Positions 38,670-49,606 of a stretch of DNA of 64,000 bases are shown piece by piece. The DNA comes from Anthoceros angustus (Eukaryota; Plantae; Anthocerotophyta). How positions within the stretch are numbered: the stretch's first letter is position 1; every line of letters begins with the position of its first letter. Where the stretch lies: positions 62,001 through 126,000 of the forward strand of contig MU008192.1 of assembly GCA_010909165.1 (NCBI GenBank). The letters run 5' to 3'. The notes under the pieces are model-generated. The model had not been told where the DNA came from. It did no database searches and worked only from the letters and a program-made list of their open reading frames with translations. The position numbers and the translations under genes were made by a program.

Positions 38670-39066
38670 ACCTCCCGCCTGCCTCCCAAGGCCTCCCAAG
38701 GCCTCCCTCCCCGCCTCCCGTGGCCTCCCAAAACCGCCCGGCCTCCCTGCCTCCCGCCTGCCTCCCAAGGCCTCCCCCTCCCCCCCCACCGCGCCTCCCG
38801 GCCTCCCTGCCTCCCCGCGCCCCGCCCGCGGCCTCCCTGCCTCCCGCCTGCCTCAGCCTCCCCCCCCTGCCTCAGCCTCCCCCCCCTGCCCCGGCCTCCC
38901 AGCCCCCCGCCTGCGGCCTCCCCCGCCGCCTCCCCCCGGCCTCCCGGCCCCTCCACCCCGCCCTCCCTCCCGTGGCCCGCGCCCTCCCTCCCGTGGCCCG
39001 CGCCCTCCTCCCCGCGCCCCGCGCCTCCCTCCCCGCCCCCTCCCCGCCCTCCCTCCCTCCCCGCCT
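38670..39066. repeat. C-rich low-complexity tract inside the right arm of the MULE
   Basis: Degenerate CCTCCC/CCCGC repeats; explains the Pro/Gly-rich spurious ORFs. Confidence 0.85.
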
Positions 39067-39784
39067 GCTTTGAGTTTGAGACACCCGCTCAGTTCATACT
39101 CTCTTGGTTCTAAAGTCAAGCATGGTTGGTTTACATCACAACCTCGTTGTGGTGGGTGCGTATCTTGGGGTTGTGCCGTCTTGGGCAAAATACGGCAGTG
39201 ACGTCCTGTATGGACCTGTACATGGTGTTGCGTTTAAAGTATACCACGATGAGAGAGCATCGTGATGGGCGAGGCATGGCATGCCACGCCAGCCTTCACA
39301 CGCGCGAAGCATTCATTGCTTCGGAGATTGAGACGCAGGCTTTGCAAGGCAGGCCAATTTGGTACTGTTTCCTTCCCTTTCCTTCTGCCCTCGTCCACCC
39401 CGCCATTTATGGGGTACATACATTGAATCTGTCACACAACACCTCAGGCTTCAGGACGCGAGTCTTTCCCTTAGCTTGGCTCGAAGTCAGTGTACATTGG
39501 TACAGTGTGCATACGTTGTTGAGACACTTTGTAACCGCCCTACCGCTGTCTCTCCTTAACCCCTCAAGGACCAAGCTTGTTTTTTGTGGGTTTTGGGCTG
39601 AAATTTAGTTATTTATGTGTATTTAGAATACTGGAAAAAATCCTGTCACTTTGTTTCCACTCCCACTATCACCATCTTGCAGTTAAAAAGACAAGGTCTC
39701 ATATGCCCCTTCCACAAATTTCCAATGCGCTGTGAGCACTTTCGTGCTCACTGCGAGACAGGAGAGCATCTTCACTCCGGGGAG

Positions 39785-39976
39785 GAGCATGGCAAAGAGT
39801 TGGGTTGAGCAAACTTTGTCACGGATTCCTGGCAGGACCGTGGACATCGAGCATGGCAAAGAGTTGGGTTGAGCAAACTTTGTCACGGATTCCTGGCAAG
39901 ACCATGGACATCGAGCACGGCAAAGAGTTGGGTTGAGCAAACTTTGTCATAGATTCCTGGCAAGGCCGTGGACATC
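39785..39976. repeat. 64-bp tandem repeat x3
   Basis: Units start at 39785, 39849 and 39913 (GAGCATGGCAAAGAGTTGGGTTGAGC...). Confidence 0.93.
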
Positions 39977-41208
39977 TTCACAGAAAATCACAATAATCGG
40001 AGGTCGGGACCATGCCCATCCGAATCTACAACATTCGGCCTTTCACACTAAGGCCCTCCGTTCGCATGTAGTCTGGCCATGGTTCCAAGCATCTTTCAGG
40101 AATCTCACCTCCATGCCCATCGTTGGGCATGGAGATGGTGTCTGTTTTATATGCTCTAAAAATCCACATGTTCCTCTCAATGCCACGCACATATGCTCAA
40201 AGGTTTGAGATGAAGAATCGATGTAGAAAAACTTCCACACCCCTGAACGCATCGACAACCACTCAATTTGAGTAGGTTCATCCGTTATGGGTTGATGGCA
40301 ATTTTGTTTTAAGTTTTTACATTGGCAGCTACCTTTTTTTTTGTTCGTGTTTTTCTTGCTAGAGAGTAAAGTTCCCTTGGGTGGGAGTGATATTTAGGAT
40401 ACCGACTATACTAGTAATCCATAATCCTTATTGGCCGATCTTTGTGATTGTACATTTCCTCATGCTTGATATTATACGTGTGATTGATAATTTAAGATCT
40501 ATCACATTCAGAATATGATCCTTTTATTTATGGTAACCTTCATAATCCTCTTCCAAAAAAGGTAGGTTTATATCCATTAGTGGAAGAAGCATGTGGAATG
40601 GAATGTGTGACTACACTTTATAGTAAGAACTTCATTACTCTAAACATCCACATTATAATGAATGTCAATATGCATGTTGTCTCACACATCCTTTTGTTGA
40701 GTTGAAATAGAAGCATACAAAGACAAAGGACAAATCTGAAGCTCCACTAGCACAACAATAGAAGCTAAGGATTGCTTGTCTATCACCAGAGAAAATGTAC
40801 CCCGCGAATATGGGAATATGAACATGTCACACGTTTGGAGTGTAGGGTTTCATGTGCCCCGACAAAAATCCAAGAATGTGAACTTTCCTAATAATTATGT
40901 TTTGAATTTTCCACACATTCTTGATCCTTTCTAGCATCCACTGAAACATAATTTGAACAAAAGTGATAGCATTAGTGAATATCTCTTCGCATTGTTCTTC
41001 GTGATAATTAAATATTGTAGAAAAGGTAGGATTCAAAATATCCATCTACCGGGACCCTGCAAATAGGGCATGATTGAACTATTACCATGAATAGCCCATT
41101 CATCAACACAGTTTGTGTGAAATGGGTAATTATATTATGCCGATTTAAATTGCGAGTGAAATTATGCATAACTCTTGAATAGCAATCAAAAAACTATTAT
41201 TATTAAGA

Positions 41209-42350
41209 AGTAAGGAGCCATGCATGAAAAGCATGTAGCCCTAGATCTAGTCTAGTAAGTTATGCGGTTACTGCTAGTGAGGCTTAGCTTAGAGCTTATA
41301 AAAGAAGGTAAGGTATGGCTGAAGTTGAAACATTTCACACTACCCCAAGGATTATCTCTTAAGCTAAGGCCGAGATATGGAGGTCCTTTTGTAGTCTTGA
41401 AGCGCATTGGGGAAGTGGCTTACAAGCTACAATTGCGTGAATGGATTTTTGCACACAGTGTGTTCATGTATCACTATTGAAATCATTTGTGCCCTGGCGG
41501 CAAAGAGAAAGAGAAACATGCATAAGAAGAAGTAGAGTATTCTTGTGCAGCATAATCAAGGACTGTGGGAAATTGAGGATTTCCTTGTTGCTTGCCTACG
41601 AAACGCGAAATCATACCATAGTACATTGTCAAATTGTGTGGGATCTCAGATCCAGTTTGGGTAACTTTATGGGATATCTAGAAAGGATCCTGGATAAACA
41701 CTCAATATACTAGCTATCACTGAGGGTAGTGATTACTTTTCCTAGTGGGGGAGAAAGTAAGGAGCCATGCATGAAAGGCATGCAGCCCTGGATCTAGTTT
41801 AGTAAGTTGTGAGTAGTGCTAGTGAGGCTTAGCTTAGAGCTTATAAAGGAAGGTAATATGCTTTAGACAGTTACTTTAGGAATGATGTAAGCCTCCTTAT
41901 AAATAGGGATGAGGCAAGCTCTAGAAGGATCATCCTACTAGTGATCCTAGCACTGGGGCCACACTCTTATGAGGATAGGCTGTGCGAGCCTAGAGGTCAT
42001 GGGAGCCTAGAGTGTGTGCATGTCTAGCGGAGAATCCTAGCACTTGGGCCACACCCTTGTTAAGGATAGGACTTGGGAGCCTAGAGGCTGTGGGAGCCTA
42101 GAGGCTGTGGGAGCCTAGAGGCTGTGCGTGTGTCTAGAGGAGAGTTGTGAGGAGGAGATCAAGGGAGAGAGCTATGTACCTAGCTTAGGCAAAGAGAGCT
42201 GTTGCTAAAGTAAAGAGCAGCATTGGAGGTGCTGACTATCCCATGGAAGGATTGTGGGCTACTTGGAAGCCTAGTACTGGTGTCTTGTGGTGTTGTTGCT
42301 TCTAACTGTGTGCTTGTCCCACCTCGCTCGTTTCGAAAGGGGGTGTTACT
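41209..42350 (+). mobile_element. Internally deleted Ty3/gypsy (chromovirus-like) remnant: 5' LTR stub, integrase C-terminus and degenerate chromodomain, PPT, 3' LTR (about 41757-42350)
   Basis: LSLKLRPRYGGPFVVLKRIGEVAYKLQL; PPT AGTGGGGGAGAA; the LTR start AGTAAGGAGCCATGCATG occurs at 41209 and 41757; LTR end GGGGGTGTTACT. Confidence 0.85.
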
Positions 42351-42962
42351 CTTGTTCCCCTTTATTACTATGCATAGGATAGTATTTTAATAATTCAAAA
42401 CCCAAACATGCTCAAGAAGAGAGAGAAATTTCTTTGTAAGATAGGCTAAACTAAGAATCCATGAATGTTTTAACTCCATATTGAATTTCAAAGACTCACA
42501 GCTTTTGTATAGTTTATACGAATTTTCTTACATGGTTTGTCCCTCACCGCACGAAGCATCGCCCGCTTATTTGTACAAATATAATGGAAAACTGGCCTGT
42601 TTCAAGGCGAGTGCATACATATTCAAGGTGATAATTGAAACCCCACGCTTAAGCGCCTCGCAGGTGGATCAAAGCTTTTCGGGGATTAATAGACATGCCT
42701 ATGATGCATTCATGGTGATCAGGATGATCTGATTACAGAGGGCCGTTCACGTTCGGTACTGTGATGCATCCATGGTGATCAGGATAGTTTGAAAACAGAG
42801 GGCCATTTACATTCGGTACTAAGATGAATCTATCCCCTTGTGATTCTGCCAGCTGCCTGAAAGATGTGACATTGATTTCCTGCGTATTCACATATCTGTA
42901 GGCGCGGTCCATACAGAGTACTTTCATAGGAAAGAATGGACAATAATAGTGGGGGCGACAAC

Positions 42963-44843
42963 TTATACTTTGATAACGTTCTTACTGAATTCCCATAATT
43001 CAGCAGCTGCTCCCATGTCCCTCGTCAGTCCTGAAGCAGTTTCCGATTCATTGCAATTATCAAAATACTTGCCCGACACTCCTCGAAGAGAGGGGGATGT
43101 TGCGACATAGACACTTGTAGCAGCCCCCTGCACAAGTAAGTAACGTCTCCATTCACAACTCTGGAGTGCTGGACTACCTAGTATCTTGGACCAGCAGAGG
43201 ACAAAACCGGCTCAAGTGGCATCGTCGGGAATCACTGCAGGAGTTTGAATAGGATCTGTTTTTGGCAAAGATTGAAGAGGAACCTGAAGTGTACCTGTTT
43301 CACTGACTTCATCATTGCCGCTCCTGCAATCTGGAAAGCAGCTACAGTCGCCAAGGACGGGAGGAACACATCAGTTAGCTAAACACAACCAAGTCTGTTT
43401 CCCGTCACCCCACTGGCAGACAACCAGGCATGAATCAATTTCCAAGTACCTTTGGCTGCTGGTGAGAAGATTTCGTCCATGATGTTGGTCGCTATGTATC
43501 CCGGATGGAGGCTATTAACTGTCACATTTGCTCCCTGTTCCTGGATTCAGAAAAATGTCCAACCACCAAATGGGCATTTCAAAACCACTTCGCCTGCATG
43601 GTACGATTGACAATGTTCAACTGCTACATGTGTAGCCAGTTCTTAATTTCGACAGAAAAACCCACCTTCAGTCGACGGGCTAGCTCCCTGCCATGTAGAA
43701 TGTTTGCAACCTTGGATTGAGCATATGCGTTCATTGGTTCGAACCTGGTGTTTGAATAACCATGACAGCATAAGAGAGCAAAAAATCTTGGAGAACCTTA
43801 ATCACTACGAAGAAACAGAGCCGCAGCATCCGCTACGGCTTGCTAAACATTGAGAAAGCATATCCTTCCTTCCCTTACCTGTTGGGATTATTGATGTCAT
43901 TGAAGGGTATTCTGCTGTTCCTGTAGTTTCCATGCGCATCAGATGCAACAATCACAATCCTCCCCTCCACTCCTGTATCCTTTGCCGTGGCCACCAGGTT
44001 GTCCAGCAGAAGATCGGTGAGAAGAAAGTGACCTAAGCAGCAACTCGGTGGTCAGTTGCAACTCACGTTGGTCTTCACATGAATGCCTTGGCCTTGGAAC
44101 GGGGAAAGGAAGCTGACCTAAGTAGTTGGTAGCAAAGATGGATTCAAAGCCATCTTCAGAGAGCTGGAACTTGGATGTCGCGTAGCCTGCATTGTTGCTT
44201 CACACAGGAAGAAGTACCACAAAAACTACCCGTCAAGAGAAGGAGAGGCCAGAAAAGAGGATACCGACGTCTGGTTACATAACGACAGCAAGGCTGCTGA
44301 GAGACGTACATGAGCAAATTCAAAGGCCGGTTCTCTGCCTTGAAAGCAGCAGCGAACTTCCTCACAGAGGCAAATGAGCCGAGATCCAGTTCTCTAACCT
44401 CCACTTTTGCGTTGGGATCCTTCTTCTCTATCTCGGCTTTCACACCCTCAGCCTTTGCAAGGTTTCGAGCCGCAACCACAACAGTAGCTCCTCTCAGGGC
44501 AAGCACTCGTGCCGTCTCCACGCCAATACCAGCCGTGGCTCCTGCAATTTCCTCACACAGATGAGCGAAACTAGGACACATGAAAGGCACCCAACTGCGG
44601 CCACAGCCGAGAAAACCAACCTGTGACGATTGCAGTGCGGTCCTTCAAAGAGATGCCCTCCGAAACCTGCTCTGCAATGGACCTGGACCCGAACCCACTA
44701 GGCCCTGCGGTGCCCATGATGTGCTTGAACACTCCAGCCGGCATTTGAGCCTCTCCCGAAACAGGATCAGGGACGGGCTTCGCAAACTGACGAGCTGCTG
44801 CACTGGAACGCGAGATTGTTGCTGTGTAAGCTCTCCGAAGCAT
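42963..44843 (-). CDS. Short-chain dehydrogenase/reductase, TIC32-like; 8 exons (44843-44621, 44541-44310, 44197-44118, 44032-43879, 43744-43666, 43540-43450, 43323-43295, 43127-42963)
   Basis: SGFGSRS.AEQV, IVTGATAGIG, LDLGSFASVRKF, INNAG, GHFLLT.LLLD, YAQSK, NSLHPG, QGAATSVYVA, ELWEFS; canonical GT-AG introns. Confidence 0.93.
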
Positions 44844-45164
44844 GGAATTTGTTTTCTGCTGTGCCCAGATGTGGAGGGGAACAAGCGGGATTTAAAGGCA
44901 ACCAGCTGTGGCAGGAGCCAGGAAGGTCCCCGGCTTCCTCGATCATCCAGGTTCTTGGTGTCTAACCCTCCCTGGGACCGGCACTTGACATGCAGGCACC
45001 GTGTGCCTGCACGGAAGGTTCCACTCCATGTTGCCGCCCGTTCCAGTCCTGGTCTCGTCAGCGAGCTGGGCGATCTTGGCTTCTAGAAGCGAAGCGAGCT
45101 GGAACGTCACTTGCAATCCTCCTCCGGTCTGCTCAACTACTCTAAAGATGATACTAATTCACAA

Positions 45165-45236
45165 CCCTTCACATGGGTTCGAACCCTTGCCCTCAAGGGC
45201 GGAGGGCGGACATTGGCGCCTTAGACAAAGGCTAAC
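45165..45236 (-). tRNA. Degenerate tRNA-Leu-like pseudogene or SINE head (anticodon arm missing)
   Basis: TGTCTAAGGCGCCA (D-arm-like), GCCCTC..GAGGGC variable-arm stem, B-box GGTTCGAACCC. Confidence 0.45.
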
Positions 45237-45344
45237 TTTATTTATGTCCACAAAATTAGACGAAGATAATAGTTTTATTTATGTCCATTAATTAGAAATA
45301 AATAAATTTACTTATGTCCATTAAGGCCAGGAAGACCATCGTGG

Positions 45345-45455
45345 AATAAAGATAGCTTCGGAATATGAAAAGAGAAAAATATGTGCATGGGAAAACTAAC
45401 ACACTAAAAAAACAAGCCCACGAAAAGACAAAGGCTAGATAGCTTCGGAATATGT
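45345..45455 (+). repeat. About 88-bp repeat unit, 1.3 copies; further 2.3 copies at about 46845-47065
   Basis: GGAAAACTAGCACACTAAAA...AAGGCTAGATAGCTTCGGAATATG shared by both sites. Confidence 0.8.
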
Positions 45456-45569
45456 AAACATTATATGTTATTTTTAACAGTTTTTTGGTAATAATTAAAT
45501 TTAACAGAAATCTCAATTAGAAAATGAAATGGCTATCTCTATAAGTAATAAGCTTGTTACGATGATAAC

Positions 45570-45571
<2 letters not shown>

Positions 45572-45608
<37 letters not shown>

Positions 45609-45614
45609 AATAAT
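45572..45614. repeat. (AAT)n microsatellite
   Basis: Direct reading. Confidence 0.9.
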
Positions 45615-45905
45615 TTAAAAAATTAAAATCATAATATCACTAAGAATATCAAAAGAAACTAAAAACCATAATATTTTATTGAATAATAATATAAAATAAT
45701 TGACTCAATTGAGTTCTTGCTGTAAGTTTACAGTTTTATATTGAAAGTCATTATAATTTTTTTGATAGTATCGGAATTAATGGTCCTGGAGGGCTATATA
45801 TGTGGGGTGAGTGGTTCAATCTTAAACAAATTTGTGCTTCCCTTCTTGTGGCTTTCACATCTCTTTGTCTCACTGCATCTTGGGTTCTTAGGCTTTCTAG
45901 CTACT

Positions 45906-46238
45906 ATGGCTCTTGTGAAAATGTCTATCATGTTGAAGATGATTTTGCTTATGACGATCTTTCTCTTGGGCTTTGGAGGGGCCACAACAATGTTTGGAGG
46001 TGCTACTACCCCAAACGAGCACGTGGACTATGAATTCTGCGTTGATGCAAATGTGGTGGCTATGTGTGCTGGATCCGATCAAATATTTCCACCTCATCCA
46101 ACTGCTGGTTGTTGTTCATATTTGCGGCTTGTTGGGACCCAATGTATGTGCCAAGTTATGACAGCTCACAATTGTGACCGCAACCAGATGTATGATTACA
46201 TCCTAGATTGCAATTTTGATGAATCTCAACATTGCTGA
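45906..46238 (+). CDS. Secreted cysteine-rich peptide, prolamin/nsLTP-like 8CM superfamily, 110 aa
   Basis: Hydrophobic signal peptide (MILLMTIFLLGFGG); C-x8-C-x14-CC-x9-CxC-x7-C-x11-C-x7-C; intronless. Confidence 0.75.
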   Translation: MALVKMSIMLKMILLMTIFLLGFGGATTMFGGATTPNEHVDYEFCVDANVVAMCAGSDQIFPPHPTAGCCSYLRLVGTQCMCQVMTAHNCDRNQMYDYILDCNFDESQHC

Positions 46239-47537
46239 TGAGTGGACGGAAAAAGCTAACATGGGCACTCCTGCCATAGAACTTTTATGTTGAGGTGCAC
46301 TATTTGTACAAATAGTTGGATCTCTTGATACATGTTCAATGTGTAGAAGTGGCACAATTGTATATAGTGGATTACAAGTTTGATGAATCTCAACATTATT
46401 GAGGAGAGGATAAAAAAAAAAGTTGACGTGGGTATTCATTCCATGGAACTTTTATGTTGAAAACTACTTTTGGCTTAAATGATTATAATCCTTATTTTCT
46501 TTGTTGTAATTGAGGATATTTTTATTTAAAGGTTTAATAAGGTCATATCTCTTTGTAATTATAATCTCGTGTCCACCTCTTGTCTGTCATTGTGATGCGC
46601 AAAGTGCACATCACAAAATAATATTGTCGTACATACTCCAAAGCATGCACCAGTCATGAATAACAAGTCACCGATGATACATTGGTCAGAACTAGCACTA
46701 AAGTCTAGACCAACACAAAAAACATTTGTTCTAGGACCCCAAGCTTGTATAAGGCTATTCACATAACACTAAAAATTCACACAGTTACCGTTTCATGCCC
46801 CAATGCATGTGCCATTTAGATATGACAGCTCACAACTTAAAAGAGAAAAATGTGCGTACGGGAAAACTAGCACACTAAAAAAACAAGCACATGGAAAGAC
46901 AAAGGCTAGATAGCTTCGGAATATGAAAAGAAAAATATGCGCACGGGAAAACTAGCACACTAATAAAACAAGTACACGGAAAGATAAAGGCTAGATAGCT
47001 TTGGAATATGAAACGTGAAAAAGGTGCACAAGGGAAAACTAGCACACTAGAAAACAAGCACACTGAAAATGAAGAGTGTATCGAGCCTGAATGTCAACAT
47101 AACATAAGCGGGACACTTGAATGCAAAATGCATTTTTGTCATGTGTAGCTATGTACCATTGCCTAAATAATATTAATTAGTTATTAATTAGGACATGAGT
47201 AATAATTATTATTTTTTGGGATTATGGGCCAAGATGATGATGCTAAAAGGGAAAGCAGTTGCAAATAGCGCAATGACGACTTCCGCAGTGAAGCAAGTGG
47301 AGGCAAGGTAGAAGGCATAGGCAAGCCGAAGCGTAGGGCGCCGAGTAGGAGCAAGCACAAAACTCTGCCCATTGTAGCAGATCGCAGCTGTAAGCTTGTA
47401 CCTCAGGAAGAAATCCTTAAAAATAAGTCTTCAAAAGATTGCCCAGTTCGTGGATTTGAGAGCCAGCCTATAGCTCTAAGAGGATTGAAGTCGAGGTTTT
47501 GTGTGCTTCATTGACAAGGCATATGTGGCAGGAGGTC

Positions 47538-47701
47538 GATATTATTAATGTGACTGCAGCCTGTGCCCACCGCATTCTTGCATGCATGTCTTGATATTAT
47601 TGATAAGACTGCAGCCTACGCTCACTGCATTCTTGCATGCATGTGTTGATATTATTGATGAGACTGCAGTATGTGATCGCCGCATTTTTGGATGCATGTG
47701 T
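47538..47701. repeat. 55-bp tandem repeat x3
   Basis: GATATTATT.AT..GACTGCAG...CGCATTCTTGCATGCATGT. Confidence 0.88.
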
Positions 47702-48281
47702 ACGAGTGTGTGTGCATAAAGTGCATGGGTGTGATAATGGTGTGGCGTGGCATATTAATTAATTGATTGATGCATGACACAACACCGTACAAGTATTTCA
47801 AATTCTAGATCTAGGGAGCAGAGCTTGCAAATACATTCTTCCTGAAGAGACGTGGGTTGATGTCAACAGTCAGTCTCGATTTATAGGTGATGAAAACTAA
47901 CACGCAATTGACCAATGATTGTATGGAGTTTGAAGAAAAGAGGAGAGCTAAGGTAACGTGGGAGCGGTGGGAAACTAGAAGGAGGATTGACACAAAACTC
48001 CTCCTTGAAAAAACGAAGTCTAGGCTTGAGAGGAGGGGCGGATGAAGTATGGGACCTAATCTTGGTTCTCATTTTCCTTGTGATAGACTTGGAAGAGGAG
48101 GAATATGCAATCAAGAGTTCATGTTTTTTCAAGTTTATTTGGGATGTACAATGCAATATCTATGGTTACTTCTCACTTCAATTGGAAAATGTGATCAAAT
48201 GCTTGGGGCTAATTTGAGTAACAAACGGGCTGCTATGATTATGGTTTTGTGCACAGTTGCCCCCACCTAATAGGAAACTCT

Positions 48282-48778
48282 TGGTGGCCCCTCGGCGTCG
48301 GTGTTACACCGTCTTGGCCTTCATGATCGTAAGGTGTCATCCTTTCTCACCCAGTTACGGACTGAGCATATGGCTATTGGGGCTTATTTCAGGCGATTCA
48401 ACATCGCTGGAAACCCATTTTGTCGGAAATGTATGTCTTCCGAAGAAACTCGCCAGCACATCCTTGGTCAGTGCTCGGCTACCCGCAACTAGTGGGACCA
48501 GATTTTTCAGGGCTCTTACTATGATATGCGCCAACTCCTCAGTATTTCCAAACTCAGAGGGAAACTTATCTCTTACTTCAAGCTGATTGGCGACTACTTT
48601 TAGTGCAGGTTCCTTAGCAAAGCTATTTAGTCTTCTGATCTTTGTTTGATCTACTTTCTTTGCTTTTACGTTCTCCCAAATGTTACTTCATTCATATTCT
48701 TGATTCCTGTTCAGGCGTCATAGCCTCACGGCTGCATACGCCTAATGATATATAAATAAATAAATAAATAAATAAATA
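48282..48778 (+). mobile_element. 5'-truncated LINE with C-terminal CCHC knuckle, 3' stem-loop, (TAAA)n tail and 13-bp TSD
   Basis: TQLRTEHMAIGAYFRRFNI..PFCRKC...ETRQHILGQC; tail of about 7 TAAA units; AATAGGAAACTCT at 48269-48281 and 48779-48791. Confidence 0.88.
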
Positions 48779-49606
48779 AATAGGAAACTCTATCCCTCAC
48801 CAATTGGAACCTTGGATCTGGCTTCGTTGAAAATATATGAAAACAAATGGGATAATTTTTCAATAATAATTAAAATAAGTTAGAGAAATCAGGTTAAAAT
48901 ATTTAACACAATTAACCCTCTCCAATTTGGATTATCGAATATATATTTATTTAAAAATTAAGTAAACAAATTAGTTTAAAGATCGTAAAAGCATATTTGA
49001 TGGAGTTGTAACACAACATTATAGACTCTCTCAAAGTACTTCATGTTTTAGGGAAGAAGAAGAAGAAGAATTCTAAGAGAAGCGCCTAAGAAGGCTATTG
49101 CAGGCGCAAAGGAGTATCGTTGATTATATTACGGCACATGGACTTCTAGTATACCATTTCCCTTGGTAATTTGCAAAAACTCTTTAATGCCGCTTAGAAA
49201 GAGTGCTAGCTACTAGGTCGAGAAGTAATATCTAGTCACCAATATCTCCTTCTTTTGTCCTCCGCTTGATGAGCTCTCCTTGTCCCTAGTTTAGTGAACC
49301 TATCGATTGAACTATGCCTATTCCATACTTTCTCGCTTTTATAACTCTTAATTATTTAGTTTATAATCATATATTATTAAAAACTGCAATTGGAGGGAGG
49401 GTGGGCTGTACGTAGACAGGTACTGCACCTATATTTTGCTCCAGTCCACAGCTTCACTTCACTTCCTGCAACACAGCAATCCATCCACGTACAAGCGGAA
49501 CGCCCATCTGGATACTCTACTCTGAAAAATTCAGTCACACGCGCACAATCAACATATTCTACACTGTACAAGTCCTCCTGAAGGACACGTAACGGTGATG
49601 AACGGA

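Larger units (their letters stand above)
35184..39340 (+). mobile_element. Structurally complete Mutator-like element (MULE), 4157 bp, about 260-bp TIRs, 9-bp TSD TTTGCAAGG
   Basis: Termini GCCTGCGTCTC...GAGACGCAGGC; TIRs about 35184-35440 and 39075-39340 are reverse complements; TTTGCAAGG at 35175-35183 and 39341-39349. Confidence 0.92.

Noticed and set aside
38523-39201. Long Pro-rich or Gly/Arg-rich ORFs (extensin-like)
   Set aside because: Artefacts of C-rich low-complexity DNA inside the MULE, open in several frames. The same applies to 19862-20159.
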